64,000 nt of DNA from Pseudomonadales bacterium (GTDB lineage Bacteria > Pseudomonadota > Gammaproteobacteria > Pseudomonadales > IMCC2047). The position numbers were made by a program, and so were the translations under genes. Where the stretch lies: positions 243,528 through 307,527 of the forward strand of contig JACKNY010000002.1 of the NCBI GenBank assembly GCA_024234615.1, given 5' to 3'. This document shows positions 61,315 through 64,000 of the stretch, one piece after another. The notes beneath the pieces are model-generated. The model was not told the origin of the DNA, did not search any database, and worked only from the letters and a program-made list of their open reading frames with translations. Position 1 is the first letter of the stretch. Every line of letters begins with the position of its first letter.

Positions 61315-61476
61315 TAAGGGGGCTTCCTTTCCCTCACACCAGCCCCAAATAGAGAGGGGGTTTCACACCAAGCTGGAATTTTTGATCCCTAGGGTACCAC
61401 TCGCAATATGCGCTAAAACCATTTATTCTCTGCCTCTCGATCTTTCCGCTAATTTAAACTTCAAACGTCCATTGCC

Positions 61477-62079
61477 ATGTATGTAGTAGGCCTTACAGGT
61501 GGTATCGGCAGCGGTAAAAGTACCGTCGCCAACATCTTCTCCGAGCTTGGTATTCAAATAGTGGATGCCGACTTATCTGCACGGGCTGTTGTAACACCTA
61601 GCAGTCCGGCATTAAAGAAAATAGCCGAGCAATTTGGTGCAAATGTCATCTTGACTAACGGCCATCTAGACCGTAAAGCGCTACGTGCCAAAGTGTTTAG
61701 CGATGAACAGGCACTCAAGTGGTTGGAGGCGTTGCTCCACCCTCTCATTCGATTGCATATCGAGCAACAGTTACAAAATAGTTCGTCTGCCTATACCATT
61801 CTAGAGTCACCTCTATTATTGGAAACTAACCAGCATGAAATGACCGATAGAATTCTGGTTATTGATGTTCCAGAAGACGTGCAAATAGCAAGGGCCCTGC
61901 GTCGGGATAATAGTAATGAAAAGGAAATCAGAAAAATCATGTCAGCCCAGTGCAGTCGAGAATCGCGCTTAGCAATGGCGGATGATATCATTGTTAACGA
62001 TCAAAAATTGGAAACCCTGACACCCTTTGTACAGGCACTACACCAACAATACTTAAATTTTGCAAAAGACAAACCATGA
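61477..62079 (+). CDS. coaE: Dephospho-CoA kinase
   Basis: [30 protein letters not shown]. Confidence 0.97.
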   Translation: MYVVGLTGGIGSGKSTVANIFSELGIQIVDADLSARAVVTPSSPALKKIAEQFGANVILTNGHLDRKALRAKVFSDEQALKWLEALLHPLIRLHIEQQLQNSSSAYTILESPLLLETNQHEMTDRILVIDVPEDVQIARALRRDNSNEKEIRKIMSAQCSRESRLAMADDIIVNDQKLETLTPFVQALHQQYLNFAKDKP

Positions 62080-62282
62080 CCAAAACCGCCACCATCATAC
62101 CCTGCCCCACCTGTAAAAAGTCTGTTATCTGGAGCGAGAAAGAACCCTTTCGCCCATTTTGCTCTGAACGTTGCAAGCTGATTGATCTCGGCGAATGGGC
62201 CAGTGGTGGACATAGTATTCCGGGAGACCCAGTCATGCCAACGGATCACCTCCAAGGCTATGAGGGTCTGGATCAAGACTAA
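62076..62282 (+). CDS. yacG: DNA gyrase inhibitor
   Basis: CPTC...[17 protein letters not shown]; follows coaE. Confidence 0.95.
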   Translation: MTKTATIIPCPTCKKSVIWSEKEPFRPFCSERCKLIDLGEWASGGHSIPGDPVMPTDHLQGYEGLDQD

Positions 62283-62305
62283 ACGAGTTTTCGGGCTTGT
62301 ACGCA

Positions 62306-62340
62306 CCCTTCTCCCTCCGGGAGCAGGTTAGGATGAGGGC
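62306..62340 (+). repeat. REP-like palindromic repeat
   Basis: CCCTTCTCCC-TCC-GGGAGCAGG-TTAGGATGAGGG between convergent yacG and prfC. Confidence 0.6.
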
Positions 62341-62364
62341 ACTAAAATATAAACCCAGAAAGTA

Positions 62365-63945
62365 TTAGTGCTCTCGCGTAGGATTAAATTCAACCTCGGG
62401 CCAACGTTCCTCTGAGAGGGAAAGATTGGCTCTGCTCGGGGCTAAATAAGTCAAATAATCACCGCCATCCCAGGCCAGATTATCATGCGCTTTACGCTTA
62501 AATTCTTCTAGTTTTTTGCTATCGCTACATTCGATCCAACGCGCGGTAAATACATTTACCGGCTCATAGCTACACTCAACTTTATACTCATCCAAAAGTC
62601 GGTAGGCTACCACGTCAAATTGCAAGACTCCGACGGCACCCACAATGATGTCATTATTACGCAGAGGCAAAAATACCTGTGTTGAGCCTTCTTCCGATAA
62701 TTGCTTCAGCCCTTTTTGGAGCTGCTTCATTTTTAATGGATCTTTCAGTCGCACCCGGCGGAACAGCTCCGGCGCGAAATGAGGAATACCAGTGAACTGT
62801 AAATCTTCTCCGCTGGTAAACGTATCGCCAATCTGTATCGTACCATGGTTGTGTAATCCCAGAATGTCACCGGACCAGGCTTCATCGACATGGGATCTTT
62901 CGCCAGCAAAAAAGGTCAGGGCATCGGAAATCCTAACGTCTTTCCCCGTGCGGGTATGACGCATTTTCATCCCCTTGGTGTATTGCCCTGAACAGATTCT
63001 CAGGAAGGCAATACGATCACGATGGTTAGGATCCATGTTGGCCTGAATCTTAAAAATAAACCCGCTAAAACTTTCTTCTTTGGCATCAACTAATCGCTGA
63101 TTCGTTGCTCGCGGTAAAGGACTGGGCGCATACTCAACAAAACCATCCAACATTTCCCGTACACCAAAATTCCCCAGCGCGGTGCCAAAGTAAACTGGTG
63201 TTAGTTTTCCATCGAGATAGTCTTGCAAATTAAATTCATGGCTAGCGCCACGCACCAGCTCCACCTCTTCCCGCAGCTCCTCGATATGGTCTTTCAGGAC
63301 TATTTCCGCTTCTTTACTGGCCAGACCATTAACTTGCCTGTCAGCCTGAATGGTATGTCCTTGTCCCTGCGCATAGAGATGGATGGTATCAGTATAGAGG
63401 TTATATACGCCCTTAAACTGTTTGCCCATACCAATCGGCCAGGTGATCGGCGCACAATGTATCTTGAGTACGTCTTCGACTTCATCTAACAAGTCAACAG
63501 GATTACGGATATCACGATCCATTTTGTTGATAAAAGTCAGTATGGGAGTGTCGCGTAAGCGACAAACATCCATAAGTTTAATTGTTCTATCCTCTACGCC
63601 CTTGGCACCATCAATCACCATAAGCACCGAGTCAACCGCCGTCAACGTACGATAAGTATCCTCGGAAAAATCCTCGTGCCCAGGCGTATCCAGTAAATTA
63701 ACGATACGATCTTTATAAGGGAACTGCATAACAGAGGAGGTCACGGAAATACCGCGTTGTTTTTCCATCTCCATCCAGTCCGAGGTCGCATGCCGTCCAG
63801 ACTTTTTCCCTTTTACGGTGCCAGCCGTTTGAATGGCATTGCCGAATAATAGCAGTTTCTCTGTAATAGTTGTTTTACCCGCATCGGGGTGCGAGATTAT
63901 CGCAAAGGTGCGCCGCTTAGCGACTTCCTGATCAAGTATGTTCAT
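62365..63945 (-). CDS. prfC: Peptide chain release factor 3
   Basis: [47 protein letters not shown]. Confidence 0.99.
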   Translation of the reverse strand: MNILDQEVAKRRTFAIISHPDAGKTTITEKLLLFGNAIQTAGTVKGKKSGRHATSDWMEMEKQRGISVTSSVMQFPYKDRIVNLLDTPGHEDFSEDTYRTLTAVDSVLMVIDGAKGVEDRTIKLMDVCRLRDTPILTFINKMDRDIRNPVDLLDEVEDVLKIHCAPITWPIGMGKQFKGVYNLYTDTIHLYAQGQGHTIQADRQVNGLASKEAEIVLKDHIEELREEVELVRGASHEFNLQDYLDGKLTPVYFGTALGNFGVREMLDGFVEYAPSPLPRATNQRLVDAKEESFSGFIFKIQANMDPNHRDRIAFLRICSGQYTKGMKMRHTRTGKDVRISDALTFFAGERSHVDEAWSGDILGLHNHGTIQIGDTFTSGEDLQFTGIPHFAPELFRRVRLKDPLKMKQLQKGLKQLSEEGSTQVFLPLRNNDIIVGAVGVLQFDVVAYRLLDEYKVECSYEPVNVFTARWIECSDSKKLEEFKRKAHDNLAWDGGDYLTYLAPSRANLSLSEERWPEVEFNPTREH

Positions 63946-64000
63946 AGTAATCTGGCATTAACCGTAATTAACAAAGGCGGCGTATTATATAGGATTGGTA

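Overview
Gammaproteobacterial chromosomal window with two accessory blocks in a housekeeping backbone (purL-tadA; guaA-guaB/xseA; two-component and c-di-GMP genes; pilA/pilBCD-coaE-yacG; prfC). (1) 7.1-22.5 kb: complete type I-F CRISPR-Cas locus (WYL regulator, cas1, cas2-3, csy1-3, cas6f, 61-repeat array) with a hicAB module between cas6f and the leader. Between cas1 and cas2-3 lies a hidden repeat-spacer-repeat-terminator mini-array on the opposite strand. Its 26-nt spacer matches a CC-PAM-flanked site 50 bp upstream at 16 of the first 18 nt, with mismatches only at positions 6 and 12, which is the signature of a Cascade-guided regulatory RNA (CreR/CreA-like). (2) 27.2-44.4 kb: stack of integrated elements at the guaA 3' end, delimited by repeated att cores and AATACCAT arm repeats, with no intact integrase. 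Cargo: TA modules, an AEP primase-SF2 helicase fusion, an AbiE pair whose toxin is split at its catalytic motif by an RmInt1-like group II intron with matching EBS1/EBS2, and a high-GC MarR-regulated RND pump. An orphan, decaying hsdM lies near the left end. All calls are by eye from motifs and recalled family features; no database searches were run.
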